A DNA stretch of 64,000 bases from the NCBI GenBank assembly GCA_963727805.1, contig CAVSHF010000005.1, positions 512,001-576,000 on the forward strand, in the 5' to 3' direction. Source of the stretch: an uncultured Nitrospiraceae bacterium (lineage in GTDB: Bacteria > Nitrospirota > Thermodesulfovibrionia > Thermodesulfovibrionales > Dissulfurispiraceae). Below, one piece after another: positions 1 through 9,759 of the stretch. Every line of letters starts with the position of its first letter. Position 1 is the first letter of the stretch. The notes beneath the pieces were generated by a model. That model did not search any database. It saw only the letters and a list, made by a program, of their open reading frames with translations, and was not told where the DNA came from. The position numbers and the translations under genes were made by a program.

Positions 1-388
1 CCCTTACAGCATTGACCAACTTTTCGTAATAAACGTAGCTGACGAGAACATAATCGTAGTTATGGCTACGGAGTGCCGTCTTCCATTGGGAGCGCAGGCT
101 CGGCAGGGTCAGGTCAAATAATCGACCACGTATCTTTTTGATGTAGTCATACCACTTTAGCAATGGCTGCCATTCTAAAACATGGACGTTATCAAAGAAA
201 GACTTTCCCTTTGCCAGAGATTCTTCGTCCCACCTGTTGGTGAACCCGCAGAAGCTAAAGAGGTCTAGAACAAAGCCGCGCGCCTTGAAATAACGTACAA
301 GAGCGTCAAACCTGCTGTGGGTCCCCGAACTCATCTCAAAGAAGTTGTGGGGGTAGAAGATGAGTATTCTTTTTTGTTCAACAGTCAT
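1..388 (-). CDS. Probable glycosyltransferase, N-terminal part (runs off the window start)
   Basis: Manual translation from ATG at 388: MTVEQKRILIFYPHNFFEMSSGTHSRF...YDYVLVSYVYY. Open to position 1, in a glycan cluster. Confidence 0.65.
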   Translation of the reverse strand, partial: MTVEQKRILIFYPHNFFEMSSGTHSRFDALVRYFKARGFVLDLFSFCGFTNRWDEESLAKGKSFFDNVHVLEWQPLLKWYDYIKKIRGRLFDLTLPSLRSQWKTALRSHNYDYVLVSYVYYEKLVNAVR

Positions 389-589
389 CAATTCACCCAA
401 TTTGTTTCGGATTTTACATTAATCATTACTTTAATTTACAGATAATTCCTCACCTTTATCAAAAAGCAGCAAGAGTTTCTCCGGCACAGCTATCCAATGA
501 GAACTGCTTGGCGCGCTAGAAACCTTGATTGGCGAAGTGTTCCCTTAGATTTTCGTCGTTAAGTAATTGTCTTATCCCATCTGTTACAT

Positions 590-1080
590 CATTAATTGCC
601 TCTGGATAATCTATAAAGGCAGCTGCATTGTCCCCAAAAAATACTCTTTCTTTCTAATTTATAATAATTATTATTTAACTTATTCCATATATAGCTGAGT
701 GAACGTGCAATTCTAATGAAAAGGAATCCTATTTTACATGTTCCATTTATATCATTAATAACTGATAAATTCTTATCTAATATAATCATTTGATAGATAA
801 TTGGTTCATACAAACCATCGTATAAATAATATTCATTATCCGGAGCTATCTTTACAAAAGTTTTGACAAGATTATATGTATAATGGCCACTCCGGATAAA
901 GGAGATTAGTCTTAACTTTCTGAGTCATTTCGACGCTGCGGGCGTGTTGTCGATTGAGCCATTATCGACACCGATGATCTCGAACTGATTCGCTGCACAA
1001 TCGAGCCAGGCCAGTTACGGCAATGTTGCCTGCAAATCCAAGGCACGGTTATGCATGCATATACCCGCAGACCAATGTAA
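590..1080 (-). pseudogene. Mosaic remnant of a GT2 N-terminus followed by a GT4-like fragment
   Basis: Reads ICMHNRA...LP*...QFEIIGVDNG/SIDNT (GT2 motif with a stop and a frameshift), then the AT-rich GHYTYNLVKTFVKIAPDNEYIIY (GT4-like N-terminus). Confidence 0.6.
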
Positions 1081-1082
1081 GC

Positions 1083-2231
1083 TCACGTGTCTTTGCTTCC
1101 ATATAAGCCCAGGGTTTCCTGGCACATCTTTTCTTTGGAGAAAAACGTCTTCACCCTTTGTGCCCCTTTCGCTCCCATATTCTTCCTTTTGACCTCTGAG
1201 TTTATCAGCGAACTAATGGCGGTGTAAAGCTGTTCTGCGTTTTTCGGTTCTATAATAGTGCCGGTCACGCCGTCAAGAACCGCTTCCCTGTTTCCCCCCA
1301 CGTCTGTTGCGATCACCGGTCTGCCGGCTGCCATGGCCTCAAGAACGACGAAAGGGAATCCCTCAAGCACAGAAGGGAGGACAAAGATATCTGCTAATTG
1401 GAGAATGTCAGGAATGTCATCACGGAAGCCTGCAAAACTAACGCTATGCGTAAGTTGTCTGGCCTTAACATCTGTTTCGAGTGAAGACCGCAGAGGCCCA
1501 TCGCCCACCAAAATTAAGATTGAGGACGGATTCTCCTTAGACAATCTTTCAAAAGCCTCAATAAGGTATCTCTGTCCTTTTTCTTCGGTGAGCCTACCGA
1601 CATTTACCACTACCGTGCTACCTTCACGAACGTTGAACTCCCGCCTAAGCGTTCCATTCTTTCCTTTGATAGTGGAGAAGGCTGTGTAGTCAATACCGTT
1701 ATGGATAACCAGCAACTTATTTGCCGGCATTCCATAAGTTTCAATTAGGACGTTCCTGTTTGTCTCAGACACGGTGATCACTTGTTCCGCCCTTTGGAAA
1801 GACAATTTCATGAGAGGATTGAACAGGAGATGTGCCCAGAAGACATATGCCCCACTTCTGTACGGATTTGCCAGGACGGAATGCTCAGTTATGAAATACC
1901 TGCGTTTAAGTAAGGCAGCAACCAATAGAAGCCATCGGCAAGAATGCGAAGAAGGAAGGGAAAAGTGGAATAGCTCCCTTGTATGCTTCAGAAAAAATTG
2001 CAGTGCAAGGTAGATGTTTAATATATAAATTGCCTTGTACTGCTGAACACCTATAACATTAATGCCATGGTCTTGCAATTTCCTTCTGAACTCCTTGTTA
2101 ATATCTTTGGGTGTTAAGGCCACTGAAACCGTGACAAAAGTATCAGAGGCCTTGATCGCCAAATCTAGCAAATATTTCTCAGCGCCACCATAACCATTCG
2201 AGTCAGTAATATAAATAATCTCTTTTTCCAT
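1083..2231 (-). CDS. Glycosyltransferase family 4
   Basis: GGAE, NGID, GRLTEEKG and EGFPFVVLEAMAAG motifs. Confidence 0.95.
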   Translation of the reverse strand: MEKEIIYITDSNGYGGAEKYLLDLAIKASDTFVTVSVALTPKDINKEFRRKLQDHGINVIGVQQYKAIYILNIYLALQFFLKHTRELFHFSLPSSHSCRWLLLVAALLKRRYFITEHSVLANPYRSGAYVFWAHLLFNPLMKLSFQRAEQVITVSETNRNVLIETYGMPANKLLVIHNGIDYTAFSTIKGKNGTLRREFNVREGSTVVVNVGRLTEEKGQRYLIEAFERLSKENPSSILILVGDGPLRSSLETDVKARQLTHSVSFAGFRDDIPDILQLADIFVLPSVLEGFPFVVLEAMAAGRPVIATDVGGNREAVLDGVTGTIIEPKNAEQLYTAISSLINSEVKRKNMGAKGAQRVKTFFSKEKMCQETLGLYGSKDT

Positions 2232-2244
2232 ATAGTCAAGTTAT

Positions 2245-3111
2245 TCACTTATAAAAAATAAATTTATTTCTAAAAGGTGTTTTTGCTTTTACGGATATCA
2301 CTATATTTAATATGATATCTTCTATCAGACATAATAACACCTTTATATCGAATCCATTAAATTGTTTTTTGGCAATCTTATGCAACAGATAATTGTATTT
2401 TGCGAAGATAAGTGTCCTCAGTGGTCTCCCTGTTTTACTAATAGTTGTTATCGAATTAGAATGGATCCGATATTTCAACAGCTCTTCGTCAATTTTTTCA
2501 ATTTTATGTCCGTCTGATGCTATTCTTAGCCACAAATCATAATCTTCAGCATCCTTTTGTTTTGGATTAAACCCATAATTGGCGATTACCTCCTTCCTAA
2601 TCATGACACCCGGATGAACGACACAATTCTCTTTGGGAAGTAGCTGATAGATTTCAGACCATGTTGTTGTATTCTTGTCCGCAAGCCATAGCCCGTCTTC
2701 AGTCCCTTTGGCATTGATTAACAGGGCTTTAACAGATACTACGCTAATTAGAGGATGAGAGTCTAGAAACAATACCTCTTTTGCGAATCGTTCAGGAAGG
2801 CTGATATCGTCAGCATCCATTCTTGCGATATATTCGCCATTAGCCAGTTTGACGCCTTTGTTCAATGTCGGGACCAACCCCATGTTTCTTTCATTGTGGA
2901 CCAGACGTATGCGCGGATCTCGGTATGATTGAATAATCTCGACACTCCGGTCGGTTGAACCGTCGTTGATGATCAATAATTCGAAATCGGTGAAGCTTTG
3001 GCCGAGAATACTTTCAATGGCTTCCCTCAAGTATTCCTCGCCGTTATATACCGGCATCAGAACCGTGACTTTGGGAATGTTCGACATATTCCAGACTACA
3101 TCCTTATCCAT
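2245..3111 (-). CDS. Glycosyltransferase family 2
   Basis: VTVLMPVYN, INDGSTD, ARMDADD and EDYDLWLR motifs. True start may be 3087. Confidence 0.95.
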   Translation of the reverse strand: MDKDVVWNMSNIPKVTVLMPVYNGEEYLREAIESILGQSFTDFELLIINDGSTDRSVEIIQSYRDPRIRLVHNERNMGLVPTLNKGVKLANGEYIARMDADDISLPERFAKEVLFLDSHPLISVVSVKALLINAKGTEDGLWLADKNTTTWSEIYQLLPKENCVVHPGVMIRKEVIANYGFNPKQKDAEDYDLWLRIASDGHKIEKIDEELLKYRIHSNSITTISKTGRPLRTLIFAKYNYLLHKIAKKQFNGFDIKVLLCLIEDIILNIVISVKAKTPFRNKFIFYK

Positions 3112-3986
3112 GTCTCGGGCAGAAGATCGGCAGTGTTGATGCTTTCGTCATTGAACCACCTCTTCGGCGCAATGACGATCTTACGGAGATCGGAGCCGAG
3201 CCATGCCCCCCACCAACTGAACGAACTATTTGCAATAATGTGATGCTTACAAAAAGTCATAAGTCGCAAATCTTCATACCCTTTGTCCGGACTATTATGA
3301 TCCAGAAAGGTTGGAACACAAGAAAACCGTAGGTTTTCTTGTGCCCATGCAGGGTCATCTGAAAAGACAAAGAAATGCGGGTGAGCCACGTCTGAAATGA
3401 TCTTTTCCATAGCGGATGCGTAATAATCCTGAGAGCACGTCCCGTGGAATGCGCTGGCAGTTGCACGCGATACGTAATCTCCCCTGCGCACGTGAATCGA
3501 GACCGCTTCGGTGTTCTTGATCTTTTCCATAAACTGTCTGTTAAGAGTGGTTGGTTCTGTCCTGACGGAAAATTCTTTGCGTATAATCTCTTCAACGTCT
3601 TTAAAATACTTTTCGCTCTGCCAGTACCCTTCGAGATAGACATCGCCTCGCAATTTCAGAAGAGTGGGATCAACATGATAATGTTTTTCAATGATATGGC
3701 TCGGCCTGTAGAAAGGGTTTATATTGGTTGCAAATCTTCTTGCGGCTACTTTAAAGAAAGCGTCTCTCCCCTTTCTTAACCGTGCCACTTCCTGCGCAGA
3801 GGCAAAATCTTCTTGTATGGCAAAAGGACCGAGTTCATAATGCCGGGGTGTCTCTAACTCTGATATGCTGTTAAGCCCGTCAAGGTCAAGTTTCAAGTTA
3901 GTGTTGTTTACAAGGGCAAGTCTCCGGCCAGCAGCATACTGGAACATCTGGTTTCCCATACCTCCCATGAGCCTTACGATTACCAT
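3096..3986 (-). CDS. Alpha-1,2-fucosyltransferase-like (GT11)
   Basis: GGMGNQMFQY, GYWQSEKYF, HVRRGDY and NSSFSWWGAWL motifs. Confidence 0.92.
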   Translation of the reverse strand: MVIVRLMGGMGNQMFQYAAGRRLALVNNTNLKLDLDGLNSISELETPRHYELGPFAIQEDFASAQEVARLRKGRDAFFKVAARRFATNINPFYRPSHIIEKHYHVDPTLLKLRGDVYLEGYWQSEKYFKDVEEIIRKEFSVRTEPTTLNRQFMEKIKNTEAVSIHVRRGDYVSRATASAFHGTCSQDYYASAMEKIISDVAHPHFFVFSDDPAWAQENLRFSCVPTFLDHNSPDKGYEDLRLMTFCKHHIIANSSFSWWGAWLGSDLRKIVIAPKRWFNDESINTADLLPETWIRM

Positions 3987-4003
3987 TAGCCGTGGCACTC
4001 CTG

Positions 4004-4705
4004 TTAAAGTTTTTTTGCAAGCACATGATACCCAAAACACAAAAGCTCTTCAGAGCCTTTGTCCGTGCTGCTGAACCGTGCAAGCATTTCCAACAAGACA
4101 GTAGTACATAATTTTTCCACTAAATTCATTTTGCTCTTACAATAGGTGTCTGCAATTTGGGGGATTCTGCGAACTTCCTGGGCAATATACTCAAAATAAT
4201 TGCCGTTGGCAGCGATTTCAGTAAGGTCAAATTCGACTTCTTTGAGATATTTTTTGTAGAAATAGGAATTGAAGCCAGTGTAGAAATGGTAGGGCGCAAA
4301 GTGGGTCAGACTACAAAAGGGGGCAGTAATGATGAGCTGTCCGCCTGATTTCAACAATCGCGCAAATTCCTGGATAGCCAGTATCGGATTCGGCAGATGT
4401 TCAAATACTTCGATGCACATAATGGCGTCAAATGAAGCATCCGGTTCAGGAATGGCTGTAACATCACTGATGATATCGAGCTTTGTCTGATCCCACGAGC
4501 CCATCTGCAAACCTCTGCTATCTCCGTGACCATCATACTGCGCAAAATCCTGAGCGACATAAGAAAGATGAGAGCAGAATCGCTGGAACTGCCGTTCTCC
4601 AGCACCTGCATCAAGAATACGCGATCCGGCTGGAATCTGTTTAAGGGTTTTTTCCAGCCAGACAATGCGGTTAGACTCATTTTTTGTGCCGACGGTTCTT
4701 ATCAT
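4004..4705 (-). CDS. Class I SAM-dependent methyltransferase
   Basis: ILDAGAG and CIEVFEHLPNP motifs. Start overlaps the upstream stop codon. Confidence 0.9.
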   Translation of the reverse strand: MIRTVGTKNESNRIVWLEKTLKQIPAGSRILDAGAGERQFQRFCSHLSYVAQDFAQYDGHGDSRGLQMGSWDQTKLDIISDVTAIPEPDASFDAIMCIEVFEHLPNPILAIQEFARLLKSGGQLIITAPFCSLTHFAPYHFYTGFNSYFYKKYLKEVEFDLTEIAANGNYFEYIAQEVRRIPQIADTYCKSKMNLVEKLCTTVLLEMLARFSSTDKGSEELLCFGYHVLAKKL

Positions 4706-5409
4706 GCGATTTTCCTGAACCATAAACACCCACAACCATAAGTTTCTGCATCCGCCATAGTTTTTGACGCGTTTCGAATCAACCCGCCATTCTTTGGGTC
4801 TTCCGGAATCAATGCAAATTCTTGGAGTTTAAGTTCCGAAAAGGAACTCATAATCTGGTCATACGAGTATATCCGATGGGCGTTGAACATTATTTTTGGT
4901 TTGCCAATGGGTACGACCAAGAGCAATGAACCTCCCACTGCCAGTACCCTCTTCAATTCGGCGATTGCCCTCAAATCTCCCTCCGGATCAAGCAAGTCTC
5001 CGTAGCGGCCCATGCCTATATGCTCTACAACGTGCATACAGGATAAAGACTGAATGCTCATGTCTGCAAAGGGTAGGGCAAGCAAGTCTACCGCTTCTGA
5101 AGTGAGGTCACTCAATTGCAGGTCAGCCGGACGGTAATCATAGAATTTGACCGGAATAAATGCTGAGACGATGGAACAAAAATGAAGAGTAGAAGAGATA
5201 TCAACATGAAAATCCGGTTTGTTTTGGGATAGTATACGCGCTGCCCAGGCAGGGTGGTAGACATAGTGGCGGTCGAAGCCTGTCGTTCTCGTCCTGTCAT
5301 TGAGGCAAGGATAACGGTCTCTCCACCGCATAGAGAATCGTCTCTCGGAAGAAGATGCTCTTATTTTAAATTTTATATATTCCTTTATGAAGCCAAAATA
5401 TTTGATCAC
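4702..5409 (-). CDS. DUF268-type methyltransferase-fold protein
   Basis: FDRHYVYH, HVVEHIGMGRYGD and FNAHRIY motifs. Confidence 0.8.
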   Translation of the reverse strand: MIKYFGFIKEYIKFKIRASSSERRFSMRWRDRYPCLNDRTRTTGFDRHYVYHPAWAARILSQNKPDFHVDISSTLHFCSIVSAFIPVKFYDYRPADLQLSDLTSEAVDLLALPFADMSIQSLSCMHVVEHIGMGRYGDLLDPEGDLRAIAELKRVLAVGGSLLLVVPIGKPKIMFNAHRIYSYDQIMSSFSELKLQEFALIPEDPKNGGLIRNASKTMADAETYGCGCLWFRKIA

Positions 5410-6083
5410 GTTAGCTTCCTAAATTTTTTAATAAGGTCTTCTAAAAATTGAGTAGGAACATTCTTTTTGTGTTTAGCCTCAAATACAATCTGACTTGAAT
5501 CTAAGCAAGTATATTTGATGTCAGTAACTTTCTTTGATTTTATATTGTCAAACCACTCATAACCTTCAAACATTATATTGTGGAGGGAAGAAATGAGTCC
5601 GTTGTGACCGGCAACTAATGATTTATAAAACACATCCTGTACTTCAAGAAAGTCATTCAAGTGGGTGTCCTTCTTCGCAACCCAATAAATGACGTCATCT
5701 TTGTGATGTAATATATTTTTATGAACTTTGAAGTTATAAATATACTCATAATAAATAAGAGGATATTCAATGTATCCTTTATCGGCTATACGAGTTAATT
5801 CACTCAAGAAATAATCGACATCTTCCACATGCTCCAAAACATGAGAACATATAACATAATTAAACTCTTTATCTTTAAACGGGAGTTGTCCACCTTCATA
5901 AAAAACGACTAGCTTGCCTGTTTCGAGTTCTGGAGTATAACCTCGTTGCTCCTCTGCTTCACTTTGCGTCTCAAACGCTTTTTCCAACAAGACGTCAGAT
6001 CGAGGATGAGGGCTCCCACCCGGACCTATTTCTAAGACCCTGTCAGTTGCTTTAATACTTTTTATTCGATTAGGAAAAAACAA
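5406..6083 (-). CDS. Methyltransferase domain protein
   Basis: VLEIGPG, LPFKDKEF and CSHVLEHV motifs. Confidence 0.85.
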   Translation of the reverse strand: MFFPNRIKSIKATDRVLEIGPGGSPHPRSDVLLEKAFETQSEAEEQRGYTPELETGKLVVFYEGGQLPFKDKEFNYVICSHVLEHVEDVDYFLSELTRIADKGYIEYPLIYYEYIYNFKVHKNILHHKDDVIYWVAKKDTHLNDFLEVQDVFYKSLVAGHNGLISSLHNIMFEGYEWFDNIKSKKVTDIKYTCLDSSQIVFEAKHKKNVPTQFLEDLIKKFRKLT

Positions 6084-6103
6084 TTTTCACTCTTTTTAAT
6101 ACC

Positions 6104-7414
6104 TTATAAACGTTCCCATTGCAGAACAGGTGCTAAAATTCCAGGTCTCTTTATCATCCAGTAAGGAGAGTCGCTTAACCCTCCTTGGATCGTTACATCA
6201 ATGGACGGTGCATCTACCCCGGGTTCAGACAACCATTGTTTATAGTAAAGAGCTAAAAGGAGCTCAATCCTATAAACACCCTCATTCAAGAATCTGCTTG
6301 GAAGTTGGCTTCTTAAAAGGCAATACCCTTCATTCAATGTTGGCCAATTCTCTTCTGCGGAATCGGTATGACATGACCAATATAAGAGAGTACCTCCTTC
6401 ATTGTAAAGAGCGTAGCCGATCTGCAAAGAAGGGTCTATTTGCTTAATATTACCTTCAATATAAAGATAGAACTCGGAATTGTTGCTGACAGCAGTATTT
6501 TGTTGATTGCCCGTGTTATCCGCAATATAAAATTTCAAAGGCTTAAAATACGGATTATCATATTTATTGTCAAAGTTTATCCATTCTGTTTTTTCTAGTT
6601 CATTTTCTTGACTGAATAAATATCTCTTTATTACGGACCTGACATCGCGATCATATTTTTTGATCCGCCCCTTCTCGATGAGCAGGGCTTTAGAACATAG
6701 TTGCTCAATGGCATTCATGTTATGACTCACAAACAGTACCGTCCTGCCTTCCTTCGATGAGACATCCTCCATCTTTCCCAGGCATTTTTTCTGAAACTGG
6801 GCGTCTCCGACAGCAAGCACTTCGTCGACAACCAGTATTTCTGGCTCGAGGTGCGCCGAGACGGCAAAGGCGAGTCTTACGTACATGCCCGAAGAGTAAT
6901 GCTTCACCGGCGTGTCGAGAAACTTTTCTACCTCGGCGAAGGCAACGATCTCGTCGAATTTTCTCTTGATCTCCGTCCTGGTCATCCCGAGGATCGCGCC
7001 GTTGAGATAGATATTTTCCCTTCCCGTCAATTCAGGATGAAAGCCGGTCCCGACCTCAAGAAGGCTCGCCGCTCGGCCCCTTATGCGCACCCGTCCTTCT
7101 GTGGGTTCGGTGATCCTGCTCAATATCTTAAGGAGTGTAGATTTCCCCGCCCCATTCCGGCCGATAATGCCAACCCGCTCGCCTTTCGCTACTTCGAAGG
7201 AAACGTCCTTGAGGGCCCAGAACTCTTCATGAGTGGGATCCGTCGAGGACGGACCGCGAGAGAGGAAAGGACGTATGAGCTTCTTCCCCATATTCCTGAT
7301 GCTGTTAGCCATCAAGTCCCGCAGGAGAGTGTAAGACTCCTTCTTCTGATGGCGGAGAATATATTGCTTGCCAAGATTCTCAACCGTTATAATCTTATCA
7401 ATACCGCTATTCAC
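6104..7414 (-). CDS. wzt: Polysaccharide ABC exporter ATPase with C-terminal extension
   Basis: GRNGAGKST, YSSGM and DEVLAVGD motifs; adjacent to wzm. Confidence 0.93.
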   Translation of the reverse strand: MNSGIDKIITVENLGKQYILRHQKKESYTLLRDLMANSIRNMGKKLIRPFLSRGPSSTDPTHEEFWALKDVSFEVAKGERVGIIGRNGAGKSTLLKILSRITEPTEGRVRIRGRAASLLEVGTGFHPELTGRENIYLNGAILGMTRTEIKRKFDEIVAFAEVEKFLDTPVKHYSSGMYVRLAFAVSAHLEPEILVVDEVLAVGDAQFQKKCLGKMEDVSSKEGRTVLFVSHNMNAIEQLCSKALLIEKGRIKKYDRDVRSVIKRYLFSQENELEKTEWINFDNKYDNPYFKPLKFYIADNTGNQQNTAVSNNSEFYLYIEGNIKQIDPSLQIGYALYNEGGTLLYWSCHTDSAEENWPTLNEGYCLLRSQLPSRFLNEGVYRIELLLALYYKQWLSEPGVDAPSIDVTIQGGLSDSPYWMIKRPGILAPVLQWERL

Positions 7415-7423
7415 TTCCTTGTC

Positions 7424-8251
7424 TCAAATAATGTCCGCAAACTTCTTTTCCGTATCCCTGAAATACCATATCCCCCCCAAAAAGGCCACTATGATGAGCG
7501 AAGTGGAGAGACAGAACCCGGGCCAGTAGATCTGAGCATCGCTCCCAAGTATAGCCCAGCGAAAACCGTCGATGACTCCGACCATGGGGTTGACAGAATA
7601 AAGAAGACGCCACTTTCCCGGTACTATGCTACTGCTGAACCCCACTGGCGATATATAAAGCCCGAACTGTACGATGAATGGTACGATAATGCGAAAGTCG
7701 CGATATTTAACATTCAGGGCTGCGAGCCAGAGTCCGAACCCGAAGGAGGCGAGAAAGGCGAGCATCAGAAATAATGGCAGAGTAAAGATGTGCCAGTTCG
7801 GAATAAACCGATACCACAACATGAGCATAGCAAGGATAACAAAGGAAATAAGGAAATCCACCATGCTGACGATCACCGCAGACGTTGGGATGATCATGCG
7901 GGGAAAGTAGATCTTCGTGAGCATATTGGCGTTCATGATCAATGAATTACTGCTCTCAGAGAGCGAATTCGCAAAGAACTGCCACGGGAGCATCGCCGTA
8001 AAAACGAGGATGGGGTATGGCACGCCTTCTGACGGAAACTTCGCCAGATTGCCGAAGACGATGGTAAAAACAACCATGGTAAGCAGAGGACGGATGATGC
8101 CCCAGGCGACCCCGATCACAGTCTGTTTATACCGTACTAAGATATCGCGCCAAGAGAGGAAATACAACAGTTCCTTGTACTGCCAGAGGTCTCGCCAGTA
8201 ATGCCTTATGCCCCTGCCAGGCTCGATGACCAGCTCATAATTATCCGCCAT
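7424..8251 (-). CDS. wzm: Polysaccharide ABC exporter permease
   Basis: RDILVRYKQTVIG, KIYFPR and NVKYRD motifs; multiple hydrophobic segments. Confidence 0.93.
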   Translation of the reverse strand: MADNYELVIEPGRGIRHYWRDLWQYKELLYFLSWRDILVRYKQTVIGVAWGIIRPLLTMVVFTIVFGNLAKFPSEGVPYPILVFTAMLPWQFFANSLSESSNSLIMNANMLTKIYFPRMIIPTSAVIVSMVDFLISFVILAMLMLWYRFIPNWHIFTLPLFLMLAFLASFGFGLWLAALNVKYRDFRIIVPFIVQFGLYISPVGFSSSIVPGKWRLLYSVNPMVGVIDGFRWAILGSDAQIYWPGFCLSTSLIIVAFLGGIWYFRDTEKKFADII

Positions 8252-8271
8252 TCAATAACTCCCTTCGCGCA

Positions 8272-8643
8272 TCACAATGGAAAGACCGCCTTTATCATAT
8301 TGCTCTCCACGCCGTTTTTGAGGAGTTCACTGAAGATCTCGTCCTTCTTTATTCTTCCCATATCCTTAGTATAGTCCTGCAGAAGATCAGAGGTAAGGCG
8401 GGTCTTTTCGTTAGAACCCTTCGGGGTCAGGAAGTAACATACCGCTTCGGGGGTATGGATCTGACCGTGATATAGCCCTCGACGACCAAATTCTTTATGT
8501 AGGAGTTCACCCGTCCCAGCGCGATGCCGAGACACCGGCTCAGGTCCCTCTGTGTTACAAAGCCGTTGCTTGAGAGTTCATCGAGCATGTACAGGAAGCT
8601 GCGTGGTTCGGCATCCTGCAGGCTACTCTCTTTTTTTGTTCAT
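8272..8643 (-). pseudogene. Frameshifted EPS-associated MarR/winged-helix regulator
   Basis: TQRDLSRCLGIALGRVNSYIKNL in one frame and YFLTPKGSNEKTRLT in another; the ATG at 8643 meets an early stop. Confidence 0.8.
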
Positions 8644-8751
8644 ATTATGAACATAGCACAGACCGACACAGGAACTCAAGCTTTCTCACTATAGCGAATT
8701 GACTCACATAAAATGTTACCGGAGGTGAAAGGAAGAAGGTATCGTTGACTC

Positions 8752-9150
8752 TTAATGCATGTTATAGAGAAAAGGCATGCATTGATAAGGGGGTACTATG
8801 AGATTCTGGGGCATTACCAACTGCGTGATCGAGTCTCTGTGAGCCATGAGAAATTGGGCAATAATAAGGGCATCTTTCTTGTCTGTCTTTGCCTTCCTTG
8901 GGGAAAGCTTCGAGAAACTGGCGATCGGCAGCTGGCTGATGATAATTGTGTTGATTCCTTTCGCAGCCAAGAAGTAAAAGAGTATTGGTAGCAAAAGCGG
9001 TCGCTGAGATCCGAGATTTTCTTATCTTTCTTCACCCTCATGGATGAATATCACCCATGCCGGCAATTCCGTAAATGCTCTCGGCGGGGGCGAATGATGC
9101 AGCAACATTGATCGCTGGCATTGCGGCAATATCAACATTGGGGGTCCCAG
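8752..9150 (-). mobile_element. IS110-family transposase remnant
   Basis: RKAKTDKKDALIIAQF resembles the KTD..DA motif of the IS110 N-terminal domain; truncated on both sides. Confidence 0.65.
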
Positions 9151-9424
9151 CTCTTTTCTCAAACTTCTTCCTGCTGGCATTTTCCATTTCCAGAAAGCTT
9201 AATGACGATAATAGCACAAAAAGTCCTTGTGGAAACCTTGAGGTGGTATAAAGTTCGTTTGGATCATGCTCTCAACGAGACATAATCCGCCTTAACTCGT
9301 CCGGCATCGGGCAAGGGTGGCAATCGTCCATGATCGTGTCACCTGATTCCTCTTTTTAGGTGTGGTCATATGTTTTGTTTCTAATCTCTGACCTGCATAC
9401 GTCTAAATTTCTGTTTGTGAATCT

Positions 9425-9750
9425 ATGCATGTGCATCGGAACCGGTTATGGGTGGCCGTAAAAAGCTTCCCGCTGCCCTGGCTGCTTATGGTTCCATACT
9501 TTACCTTAAAACGCTACATTGTCCAAGCACACGGAATAGCGTCTCGCGCGGAAGTGCATCGAAATTCAAAGAATAACAGCCGCCTGCAGCTATCTCGTCG
9601 AGCATAATCAGGGCTACTTCTCTGCAATGAAAAAGCTCCGGGAGATGTCTCAAAAAAAGAAAATCTCTTCCCGTGAATTCATCAAGCTAATGAAAAAATA
9701 CCGCGTATCCGTTTCGGAACTCGTATTGAAAGATTTATTGCACATGACTG
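9425..9750 (+). pseudogene. C-terminal remnant of a GT2-like gene
   Basis: RNRLWVAVKSFPLPWLL...YFTLKRY resembles GT2 C-termini; no N-terminus; frameshifted. Confidence 0.45.
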
Positions 9751-9759
9751 CACCCCGAG

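Noticed and set aside
6851..7774. Long antisense ORFs (also 17469-18440, 21570-22262, 51135-51770)
   Set aside because: They shadow well-supported genes on the opposite strand and show no recognisable motifs.
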